Shown here piece after piece: positions 19,110 to 26,624 of a stretch of 32,000 bases of DNA (position 1 is the first letter of the stretch; the number at the start of each line of letters is the position of its first letter). The notes under the pieces were generated by a model. That model had not been told where the DNA came from. It worked only from the letters and a program-made list of their open reading frames with translations, and searched no databases. Where the stretch lies: NCBI RefSeq assembly GCF_000025665.1, contig NC_013926.1, positions 1-32,000 on the forward strand, read 5' to 3'. Source of the DNA: Aciduliprofundum boonei T469. GTDB taxonomy: Archaea > Thermoplasmatota > Thermoplasmata > Thermoplasmatales > Aciduliprofundaceae. Both the position numbers and the translations under genes were made by a program.

Positions 19110-20200
19110 GAAAGGCAATAGCAATCTCAGTGTTCTTGCTCTTGCTTTACATAATGATGCCCACGATAAACGGATTAGTTAAGAATCCACCATCCTTTGA
19201 AAGCTATGCCATTCCAAAAGAAATGACCTTCAAATTTGAGAGAATAATAACCATAAATGCTGTGGGAAATTACACATTAAATCTAACTATACCTCAAAAC
19301 AATCAATTTCAAAATGTGAGTGTTGAAGACCTTTCTAATCTCAAAAAAAGAGTAGTTAACGAATATAATAGAACTGTGTGGAGCTATCCATTAAAGAATG
19401 ACTCAAAAATCAAACTTGTGTATCAAGGCAAAGTTTTAGCCAAGGTATGGAACATAAAAGATAGTTTAGATGTGAATGCCATACCGCAGTCCTTAAAAAG
19501 GCAGTACAATCATAATGAATCTCTCATATATTATGATGAAAAGGAGCATACTTATGTTAGAGAGATAGTGATAGACCCATACGAATTCAGGGATGTGGCT
19601 AAAAAACTAACTCAAAACGATACAAATGTTCTAGAAAAACTTAGGACAATTTATAATGTAATTGTAGATAATTTTCATTATGTTAGCGAGAGAAAAGGAC
19701 TGCCGAGCAGCGCGGTAGAAACTTGGAATAGAGGTGATGGTGATTGCGATGAGTTATCCTTTGTGTTTGTTTCAATGGCTAGAAGCTTGGGTATACCCGC
19801 CTGGGTAGAATACGGTCTTGTTTACACCCAAGGTACCTGGAGTCCCCATGCATGGATTGGTACTGTTGTACCTACAAAGAATGGACTTGTGAAAGTAAAT
19901 ATAGATACCACCGTGGAAGTTGGGAGAGAGAATCTAGGACTTGGATTTTTGATAAGAAATGCCGATAGAATCGAAGAATGGCAGGATGATGGTAATAGTA
20001 CACATTTGAATTCTTACTACACATTTATAAGAGGATACTATGAAAATTTACATTACACCGAGCAGGTAAATGTATTCTATTCCAATCAAACTGGAAAAAT
20101 AACCATACCTATTGAGGGAACACAATTTCCGTCTTGGCTGATAATGACAATACTTGCAATCATAATAATAGCAGTTTTCATAATAATAATTAGATTTTAA
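19070..20200 (+). CDS. Transglutaminase-like (Cys-His-Asp) domain protein anchored by N- and C-terminal TM helices
   Basis: 376-aa ORF. SD AAGGAGGT (19053-19060) and a 40-nt overlap with the upstream gene. Core GDGDCDELSFVFVSMARSLGIPAWVEYG...SPHAWIGTVV...VNIDTT supplies the Cys, His and Asp. Many N-x-S/T sequons. Confidence 0.8.
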   Translation: MAKGKERKRGKIVGKAIAISVFLLLLYIMMPTINGLVKNPPSFESYAIPKEMTFKFERIITINAVGNYTLNLTIPQNNQFQNVSVEDLSNLKKRVVNEYNRTVWSYPLKNDSKIKLVYQGKVLAKVWNIKDSLDVNAIPQSLKRQYNHNESLIYYDEKEHTYVREIVIDPYEFRDVAKKLTQNDTNVLEKLRTIYNVIVDNFHYVSERKGLPSSAVETWNRGDGDCDELSFVFVSMARSLGIPAWVEYGLVYTQGTWSPHAWIGTVVPTKNGLVKVNIDTTVEVGRENLGLGFLIRNADRIEEWQDDGNSTHLNSYYTFIRGYYENLHYTEQVNVFYSNQTGKITIPIEGTQFPSWLIMTILAIIIIAVFIIIIRF

Positions 20201-21168
20201 TAAATCTTTCCCTTCATCGTTGCACCAGTGACAGCGTTGATCATAATCATTCCGCCTTTTCCGCTCATAATCCACACAGGAAGATAGTATAATCCCAAAA
20301 AATTCGTTTTTACGCTTCCTTTTTTAGGTCTTGTTTTTCTTTTCTCAATTATTGTAACATTCTCCCCCTCAATTTTCACTTCTTCCTCTTTAGAATACTC
20401 TTCCTCCAAACTTTTCTCTGCAATCATCTTGGCTTCTTCAAAATCAATTTTTGGCTCCATTTTTCTATGCTCAATATCCAATCGTGTAACCGTTTCATAT
20501 CCCCTCTTCCAGAATTCTCCTTTACCATTCAACGCATTAAGAGCCAATACACCTTTGACCGCCTTAGTTTGTATAGTGCCCTCAATTAAAACTTCCAAAG
20601 AGTAATCAAAAACATAATAGGGCAAGAGGACAAGTTCCTGAGTGAATCCATGCACATATTCACGAGCTATTCTATCAGCTTCTTGAGGAGATATTGCGGG
20701 CTTGATTATCCTCTCTTCACCATCTCCAACTTCCTCCAAAAAAATGGGTATAACATCCTCATCCTCACTCTCGAGCTCCTCAAAGTCTTCAACCTCAACA
20801 TCTTCCTCCTCCAAAATATTCAACTCCTCAAGCTTGTTGCTCTCGTAAAGTTCAATTATAAGCTCTCCAAGAACACGGGCAAATTCTGCCCTATTCAATA
20901 ACTCAATACCCAATTTCTCTGCCATTTTACGAGCATCTTGGGTGCATTCTTTAATACATATTATGGTTTTAGAAGCATGTACCTGCTCTGTATTTCTCGC
21001 AAAAGAGAGAACATAATCACCATCTACATCCTCATTTTCCTCAAGATAGATAAGCTCAAGACCTTCTTCATGGCGAACCCAGATATAATCATAAGGCTCC
21101 CTATCCAACACCTCTATGCCCTTCAATGCGAATATTTTCTTCAGCAACTCCCTTAAATCCACCACCAT
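20197..21168 (-). CDS. Hypothetical protein: N-terminal restriction-endonuclease-like (Mrr_cat-like) domain, acidic linker, two PepSY-like C-terminal modules
   Basis: ORF 20197..21207. N-terminal pattern LRELLKKIFALKGIEVL..YDYIWV..LELIYLEE..KTIICIKECTQDARKMAEKLGIELLNRAEFARVL. A D/E-rich stretch (EEEDVEVEDFEELESEDEDV). Two modules ending LALNALNGKGEF and MINAVTGATMKG. Start is ATG 21168 or 21207. Confidence 0.6.
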   Translation of the reverse strand: MVVDLRELLKKIFALKGIEVLDREPYDYIWVRHEEGLELIYLEENEDVDGDYVLSFARNTEQVHASKTIICIKECTQDARKMAEKLGIELLNRAEFARVLGELIIELYESNKLEELNILEEEDVEVEDFEELESEDEDVIPIFLEEVGDGEERIIKPAISPQEADRIAREYVHGFTQELVLLPYYVFDYSLEVLIEGTIQTKAVKGVLALNALNGKGEFWKRGYETVTRLDIEHRKMEPKIDFEEAKMIAEKSLEEEYSKEEEVKIEGENVTIIEKRKTRPKKGSVKTNFLGLYYLPVWIMSGKGGMIMINAVTGATMKGKIY

Positions 21169-21172
21169 AAAT

Positions 21173-21379
21173 CTACATCCTCTTATTAATGATTTTCCCA
21201 AATTCATTGAGCAGAATTCTAAAGTCTGTTTTCAAAGTGCCTTGCGAGCTCTCTACCTTTTCTTTCAATATGCTCAAAATTTCATTTTCACTCTTATTTT
21301 TATTCTCTTCAACAAATTCTTTCAACTCTCTTAAATTGGATATATAAGGTACAACATTTTCAAAAGCTTCTTCAAGCAT
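21173..21379 (-). CDS. Small (68-aa) K/E-rich helical hypothetical protein
   Basis: Inner ATG 21379 of ORF 21173..21475 (MLEEAFENVVPYISNLRELKEF..). An AT-rich TATA-like stretch lies upstream (about 21398-21408). The stop is 4 nt before ATG 21168 of the next gene. No homology recognised. Confidence 0.4.
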   Translation of the reverse strand: MLEEAFENVVPYISNLRELKEFVEENKNKSENEILSILKEKVESSQGTLKTDFRILLNEFGKIINKRM

Positions 21380-21413
21380 AAAACAAAAAAAGGATGATTT
21401 AATAAAAACCTTT

Positions 21414-21830
21414 CTACTGAGGTGGTGGGGGTGCCTGGGGTGGTGTGCTGAATTCTGAAGAGGTCTTGAGTTCATTAACTTCTATGAATACTATGAGCAA
21501 TAGCACCCCAACAATTACCCCAAAGACGAGGGTCAAGACCATCCAAGTTATCAAAATATCGTAAAATTCAGAATATCTCCTCTCTTTTACCATGCCCACA
21601 AACTCATCCATTCTCATGTAAGCCATCAGATTTATTATAGCCGCAATTATCCAGTATATTGCACCAAACAGGCTAGACCATGCCCCATAGACCAAGGGCC
21701 AAGCAGCCCCAGCTGCAAGCAAAAATCCCAAAATACCCATAACAAGAGCCAATATCTTTGCGATATTCAAGAGTTCTAACATAGATTTAACTTTACTTGA
21801 TTCTCCAATAACTGGCATATTTCCACCCAT
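21414..21830 (-). CDS. Small membrane protein (3-4 TM) with a proline-rich C-terminus (PPQAPPPPQ)
   Basis: ORF 21414..21851. A TATA-like aaatttaaatag (21851-21863, minus strand) abuts the GTG at 21851, so a leaderless start at ATG 21830 (or 21818) is more likely. Confidence 0.55.
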   Translation of the reverse strand: MGGNMPVIGESSKVKSMLELLNIAKILALVMGILGFLLAAGAAWPLVYGAWSSLFGAIYWIIAAIINLMAYMRMDEFVGMVKERRYSEFYDILITWMVLTLVFGVIVGVLLLIVFIEVNELKTSSEFSTPPQAPPPPQ

Positions 21831-21864
21831 AAATGTGTATAAATATGACACTATTTAAATTTTC

Positions 21865-22464
21865 TTAATACTCCCTTACCTCTCTGATCTCCTTAGCATA
21901 TATTCTCACTATGTCCCTCGCAAGGGCTCCACCCCTCATCACGAATCTTTCCTTAGTTTTTATCTTGTGGATCACTGCGTGCATTTTCTCAACATCTATT
22001 ATATCTCCCACATAGAACTCTTCATCTGGATGTGCTATTATTTCATAAGACACCGTTTTTGAACCCCTATTTACCGAGATTTTAACTACTACTTTATCAA
22101 ATCTCTTTGCCCACAGGGTATCAATATCCTTAACCTTAGCACTCTTTACCCTCTTACCATCACTTTCGATAGCGGTTATTTGAGAATTTATCCCATCCAC
22201 TTTAACTTCATCGCCGACAGTTATTATATCCTCCTCCAACTTGCTTATTCTCTTAACTTCAGATTTATCCCTCCAGCTCCAAATTACCTTAACATCCACC
22301 ATTTTTTCATCCTCAAAGAATTTCTTGTAAGTGTATCCACAATTGGTACATTTTAAAGTATATTCAGTCCCATTCTTTCTATATTTTACACTAAGAACCT
22401 TCTGCTCAACTTCTCGATTGCAATTCGGGCATAAGAGTTTCATAATTCTGTATATCCTTTCCAT
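21865..22464 (-). CDS. Archaeal Zn-ribbon protein (COG1326 / HVO_0476-like family)
   Basis: CPNC...CTNC zinc ribbon at the N-terminus (MERIYRIMKLLCPNCNREV..LKCTNCGYTY), followed by a beta-rich domain. I chose start ATG 22464 because TATA aatataaag (22485-22493, minus strand) sits about 25 nt upstream (leaderless). The longer ORF-track start would overlap the divergent gene. Confidence 0.65.
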   Translation of the reverse strand: MERIYRIMKLLCPNCNREVEQKVLSVKYRKNGTEYTLKCTNCGYTYKKFFEDEKMVDVKVIWSWRDKSEVKRISKLEEDIITVGDEVKVDGINSQITAIESDGKRVKSAKVKDIDTLWAKRFDKVVVKISVNRGSKTVSYEIIAHPDEEFYVGDIIDVEKMHAVIHKIKTKERFVMRGGALARDIVRIYAKEIREVREY

Positions 22465-22524
22465 TGTAAAGCTTTGCCTTGTTTCTTTATATTGAATGAA
22501 TTTCCCAAATTTATGAGGAAATAA

Positions 22525-22533
22525 TTTATATAA
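22525..22533 (+). promoter_or_regulatory. TATA box candidate (tttatataa) for the 1233-aa gene
   Basis: Centred about 24 nt upstream of GTG 22553, consistent with a leaderless mRNA. It is paired back-to-back with the TATA of the divergent Zn-ribbon gene. Confidence 0.45.
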
Positions 22534-22552
22534 GTCCCCCATAGACTGCCTC

Positions 22553-25500
22553 GTGCTTAGAGATGCCTTGGAAAAGTATGGATTGAATCGCGATGATATT
22601 GATGCCCTAGTGGCTAATTTTAAAAGTGTAGAGGATATTATTAATGCGGAGCCTTCGCAAATAAGTTCCATATCCTCACTCAATACTGATGAGGTAAAAA
22701 ATCTTCAAAAATTCTTGAAAGGCTTGAACTCCAAAAATGGAGTTGGTCATGATTTCTTAAAAAGGTGGGGAAAGGTTACCTCTGAGGAGGATTTGAAAGC
22801 TGCGTATGAAGAATACACTAGGCTCTCCAAATTGTATCCAAACTCTCCTGTTGTTTGGGAAATCCGCGGGGATATCCTCGAGAAGATGGGCAGCTTTAAA
22901 GATGCAAGAAAATCCTACGAGAAGGCATATATGCTCTATCTCAAAAAGGGAGAAGAGCCACCTGTGAAATTGAAAAAGAAGTTTGGCTCACAGCCAACAA
23001 TTACTCCAAAGAAGGTGGGGCTCTCAAATGGGTTTGGTAATATAAACGGGTTTAAGAATGGTTTTAAAAACGGCATAGTAAACGGGACTGGAATAGTAAA
23101 TGGCACAGGTGGAGGAAGAAAAGCACCACAACAAAAGGGATGGAAAGTTTTAATCTCCGTATTAATAGTGTTTCTCATTATCTCAGCTCCCCTGGTGGGA
23201 ATGATATTTTTCGAGAAGCATTATGTTTATGCAGTTGACGGTAATTTCCAGGAATGGGTTGAAAATATACCCTATTATGGACTGAAAAGTGAGGATAAAA
23301 GCATAAATGTGAATTTTGTAAAATTCCACATTTCTACGGGAGGCATATACTTTTACCTAGATGCAAACAAGAATCTATTTACAAATGCCAGCGGAATATA
23401 CATATTTTTAGATACAGATAACAACTCTCACACGGGATATCTTGTGGAAGGGATCGGTGCAGATTACATGGTTGAGCTCTATGGATGGAATAGGACTTTA
23501 CAGGGAAAAGAACTGTACAAATTTAATGGAACAAACCAGCTTGATTTCAATAATTTCACCTATATTGGTGGAATAAAGGCAATAGATAGAAATGGGCAGA
23601 TTGAAGGATTTATAAACTTGCAGGTAAGCGGATTCAGGAGTTTTGTGATTTCCTCGGACTATAAAGGAATACAAGCAATCGTACCCTGTATGGACTATGG
23701 AAAGCATACATTCATCGCAGAAGAAAGCACGCTAACCAATTTGATTCCGTTATATCAAAACACACCTCTTCTAAAAATCAACATAATTGGAAAAAATATT
23801 AGAATTCATAGAATAGTTCTTGAGGATATGGGAAATGCAGAGCTCTCTGCCATAAAAAGCATTGAACTGTATGAAGGAAATAAAAATGATTCTTTTGGCT
23901 CGTGGGACAAATATGTAGCAAGTGCAAATATCAAAGGTAAAAATGTTGAATTTAATAACTTAAATCTGGATTTATCTTCCAATTCCACATTGTTTATAAC
24001 CGTGAAAATTGAAAATGCATCTCTCTCAACCAAGACATTCATGCTCAAAATTAACACTATAGAGGCAAATATGCCTTATTACATTGATAATGATATATCA
24101 GGTGGTGCATATATCAACAAGATCCCATCACATCCAGTTATCGATGGGGCTTTTGCAGATTGGAAAAATTACTTAAGAAATGACTCGTCCAATGATGTTA
24201 TAGCTCCAAATGGGAAAATAGTAAATGGCTATCCAAACATAGATTTGCTGCAATACGGAGCTTATAATGCACAGTACCTTTACATGTTTCTAAAAGTTCG
24301 CGGTAAGATACTAGGAGGTGCTGATGTACCCAAAATAGAAGTATTTCACCTTCCTGATAGCGATGGAGATACAGTACCTGATAAATATGATCCTTACCCC
24401 CATGATTTTAACAATGATGGCATCCCCGATAACGAAAGCTATGTAATTGTCAACGGGACAAAATTACCAGATGTTGATGGTGATGGCATACCTGATTACC
24501 CATACGGACCAGATATGTGGCTTAATACTACCATACCATCCTGGTTCCCCAAGCCCTATGCAGGTCGTCAAGTTCATCGCTATATAGGTCCAGTACCTCA
24601 CAAGGTTATAAAGGGGATGGATACAATTGAGATTTACATAAATTCAGATAATAATACTCATACTGGCTACTCTTTGCCAAAATATCCAATAGGGGCTGAT
24701 TACAAGATAGAGATGTTTGGAAAGGATGGGATAGTTTACAATGCATCTCTCTACAATTACTCTAACGGCAAATGGATATTCGTAAAGCATATCTCACCAA
24801 AGCTTGGATACCACGCAATGGAACTCAACACGGGAGTGGAAACGAAGAATAGTAAAGAATACATATTCATCTTTGACTGGCGCAACGATAAGGATGTTGC
24901 GGATGTGCCTCTGGAGCAAAGTAAACAAAGTAAAAATACATTAAAGGTGCACAAAATCAGTTTTCATACAAATCTAACTACAAAAACATTTACAGCATCT
25001 TCAATAAGATCCATAAAGCCAAAATCATTAGGCACATTAACCGCTTCCCAACTTTCATTTGGGAAGGACGTTAAACTTCAAGTAAAAAATTCAAATAGGA
25101 GATACGAAGAGCGCCCTTCTATTACAATTACTAGTAATGGTACCCTTTGGACTGTTTGGAGTTTTGAAAGGAAAAATGGTGCCCATGATATAGCTCTTGC
25201 ATATTCTACAGATGATGGAGCTACATGGGCAGGAGAGAGGTTAAATGCAAGTAGAAATTATGATGATGCAAACCCTATCATTATAAGTGATTCAGAGGAT
25301 AATTTATACATATTCTTTGAAAATCACACCAAGCAAGGAGCTTCATTTCAAATTCTAAAACTTACACCATCTTCTTCAACTTGGAAACTCTATTCCTATA
25401 CTAACTCGTCTTGGTGGGGTAATGTATATAATTTATCAGCTTATTCGTATTCCAACTATATTTATCTGGCTTTTGAATACCATAATAGTTCTTCAAATTC

Positions 25501-26254
25501 ATCTCTAGGATACATGTATACCTCTAATGGGGGATATTCTTGGCATGTTATCATTTTCAATAATACCTATTGGACTGGTCATCCTTCTATAACCATATCC
25601 TCAGGAACAAATTCTCGTGTGTTTATTGCATTTGACTACTATGGAGATAATGGACTCTTCAACGAATATCAATGGTATGTATCAGTTATAAACAATAGTT
25701 ATTTAGGAGACAATAATTGGAAATTAAACGAAATAACTCAATATGAATTTGATAATTGCCAATACCCATCCATTGCAGACTCCGGAAACACTATTTATGT
25801 GGTATTTCAAGAAGAGTTCTCAAGTGAAGATTACGATATATATATTACAACCTCTACAAATAACGGTAACTCTTGGAGCTCACCTTGGCCAGTAACATTA
25901 AGCTCTGATGATGAGGAATATCCATGGGTGGTTGCCTATGGCCAAAATGTATATGTTTTCTATTTAGATAACACCACCGGATATATTTCAATAATTGAAT
26001 CAAATGATGGAGGTCAAAGTTGGAGCAATCCAATCACAGTAAGTGATAATGGTACAGGAATAAGCGTATATCGCACTGTCTCAGCAATGTATGCCGGTGG
26101 AAAGCTCTATGTTGTTTGGACAGATTCTAGAAGCGGTAATGGAGATATATACTTCGACAAAACAGAAGTGCCAGAATTTCACGACTTTGCAATACTTATA
26201 ATCCCGTTGCTTGCAATAATAGTAATTTCAAGAAGAAGAAAGAATAAACAATAA
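22553..26254 (+). CDS. Giant surface protein: cytoplasmic (HhH)2-like + TPR N-terminus, TM, duplicated beta-rich modules, TSP3-like Ca-binding D-rich repeats, BNR/Asp-box beta-propeller, PEF-CTERM-like C-terminal anchor
   Basis: 1233-aa ORF with a GTG start. TM WKVLISVLIVFLIISAPLVGMIFF (nt 23141-23212). DSDGDTVPDKYDPYPHDFNNDGIPDNE..DVDGDGIPDYP (about 24350-24502). Asp-boxes STDDGATW, SNGGYSW, STNNGNSW, SNDGGQSW (about 25115-26152). C-terminus VPEFHDFAILIIPLLAIIVISRRRKNKQ. Confidence 0.85.
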   Translation: MLRDALEKYGLNRDDIDALVANFKSVEDIINAEPSQISSISSLNTDEVKNLQKFLKGLNSKNGVGHDFLKRWGKVTSEEDLKAAYEEYTRLSKLYPNSPVVWEIRGDILEKMGSFKDARKSYEKAYMLYLKKGEEPPVKLKKKFGSQPTITPKKVGLSNGFGNINGFKNGFKNGIVNGTGIVNGTGGGRKAPQQKGWKVLISVLIVFLIISAPLVGMIFFEKHYVYAVDGNFQEWVENIPYYGLKSEDKSINVNFVKFHISTGGIYFYLDANKNLFTNASGIYIFLDTDNNSHTGYLVEGIGADYMVELYGWNRTLQGKELYKFNGTNQLDFNNFTYIGGIKAIDRNGQIEGFINLQVSGFRSFVISSDYKGIQAIVPCMDYGKHTFIAEESTLTNLIPLYQNTPLLKINIIGKNIRIHRIVLEDMGNAELSAIKSIELYEGNKNDSFGSWDKYVASANIKGKNVEFNNLNLDLSSNSTLFITVKIENASLSTKTFMLKINTIEANMPYYIDNDISGGAYINKIPSHPVIDGAFADWKNYLRNDSSNDVIAPNGKIVNGYPNIDLLQYGAYNAQYLYMFLKVRGKILGGADVPKIEVFHLPDSDGDTVPDKYDPYPHDFNNDGIPDNESYVIVNGTKLPDVDGDGIPDYPYGPDMWLNTTIPSWFPKPYAGRQVHRYIGPVPHKVIKGMDTIEIYINSDNNTHTGYSLPKYPIGADYKIEMFGKDGIVYNASLYNYSNGKWIFVKHISPKLGYHAMELNTGVETKNSKEYIFIFDWRNDKDVADVPLEQSKQSKNTLKVHKISFHTNLTTKTFTASSIRSIKPKSLGTLTASQLSFGKDVKLQVKNSNRRYEERPSITITSNGTLWTVWSFERKNGAHDIALAYSTDDGATWAGERLNASRNYDDANPIIISDSEDNLYIFFENHTKQGASFQILKLTPSSSTWKLYSYTNSSWWGNVYNLSAYSYSNYIYLAFEYHNSSSNSSLGYMYTSNGGYSWHVIIFNNTYWTGHPSITISSGTNSRVFIAFDYYGDNGLFNEYQWYVSVINNSYLGDNNWKLNEITQYEFDNCQYPSIADSGNTIYVVFQEEFSSEDYDIYITTSTNNGNSWSSPWPVTLSSDDEEYPWVVAYGQNVYVFYLDNTTGYISIIESNDGGQSWSNPITVSDNGTGISVYRTVSAMYAGGKLYVVWTDSRSGNGDIYFDKTEVPEFHDFAILIIPLLAIIVISRRRKNKQ

Positions 26255-26270
26255 AAATAAGGGGGAAGGA

Positions 26271-26543
26271 TTACTCCCTCTTCATCTCTATTTCGATGGA
26301 AGAGACATTTGTTTCTCCTTTCTCGCTCTGCAAGCTCTCTGTGCCTATCTTTATTTCTCCATACTGCAAGCTTGGTACAAAGCGGTTGCGGACAATTTCT
26401 GCAACATCAACGGCCTTACTTATGGCCTTTCCTCTTGCCTTCAAAATCACAGTGTTCACACCACTGTTAAACTGTGTCACAACAGCGAGTACATAGTTCA
26501 TTGTTGGCTTCTTTCCTACGAATACAACGTTTTCTTCTGCCAT
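26271..26543 (-). CDS. albA: Chromatin protein Alba (Sso10b family DNA/RNA-binding protein)
   Basis: 90-aa [22 protein letters not shown]...[23 protein letters not shown] is the canonical Alba core. SD AAGGAGG lies 9 nt upstream. Confidence 0.95.
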   Translation of the reverse strand: MAEENVVFVGKKPTMNYVLAVVTQFNSGVNTVILKARGKAISKAVDVAEIVRNRFVPSLQYGEIKIGTESLQSEKGETNVSSIEIEMKRE

Positions 26544-26590
26544 TTTTCATCGCCTCCTTATTTTCTGGGTATTTGAGGAATAGGATTTCT

Positions 26591-26600
26591 CTATTTATAT
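26591..26600 (-). promoter_or_regulatory. TATA box candidate (atataaatag on the minus strand) for alba
   Basis: About 50 nt upstream of ATG 26543, leaving a short leader with the SD at 26553-26559. Confidence 0.45.
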
Positions 26601-26624
26601 TTTTCTTTGAAAAAAAGGAAGAAA

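Noticed and set aside
23027-23116. Asn/Gly micro-repeat region as a DNA tandem repeat or VNTR
   Set aside because: At the nucleotide level the units are short and imperfect. It is in-frame low-complexity coding sequence of the 1233-aa protein, noted under that finding instead.
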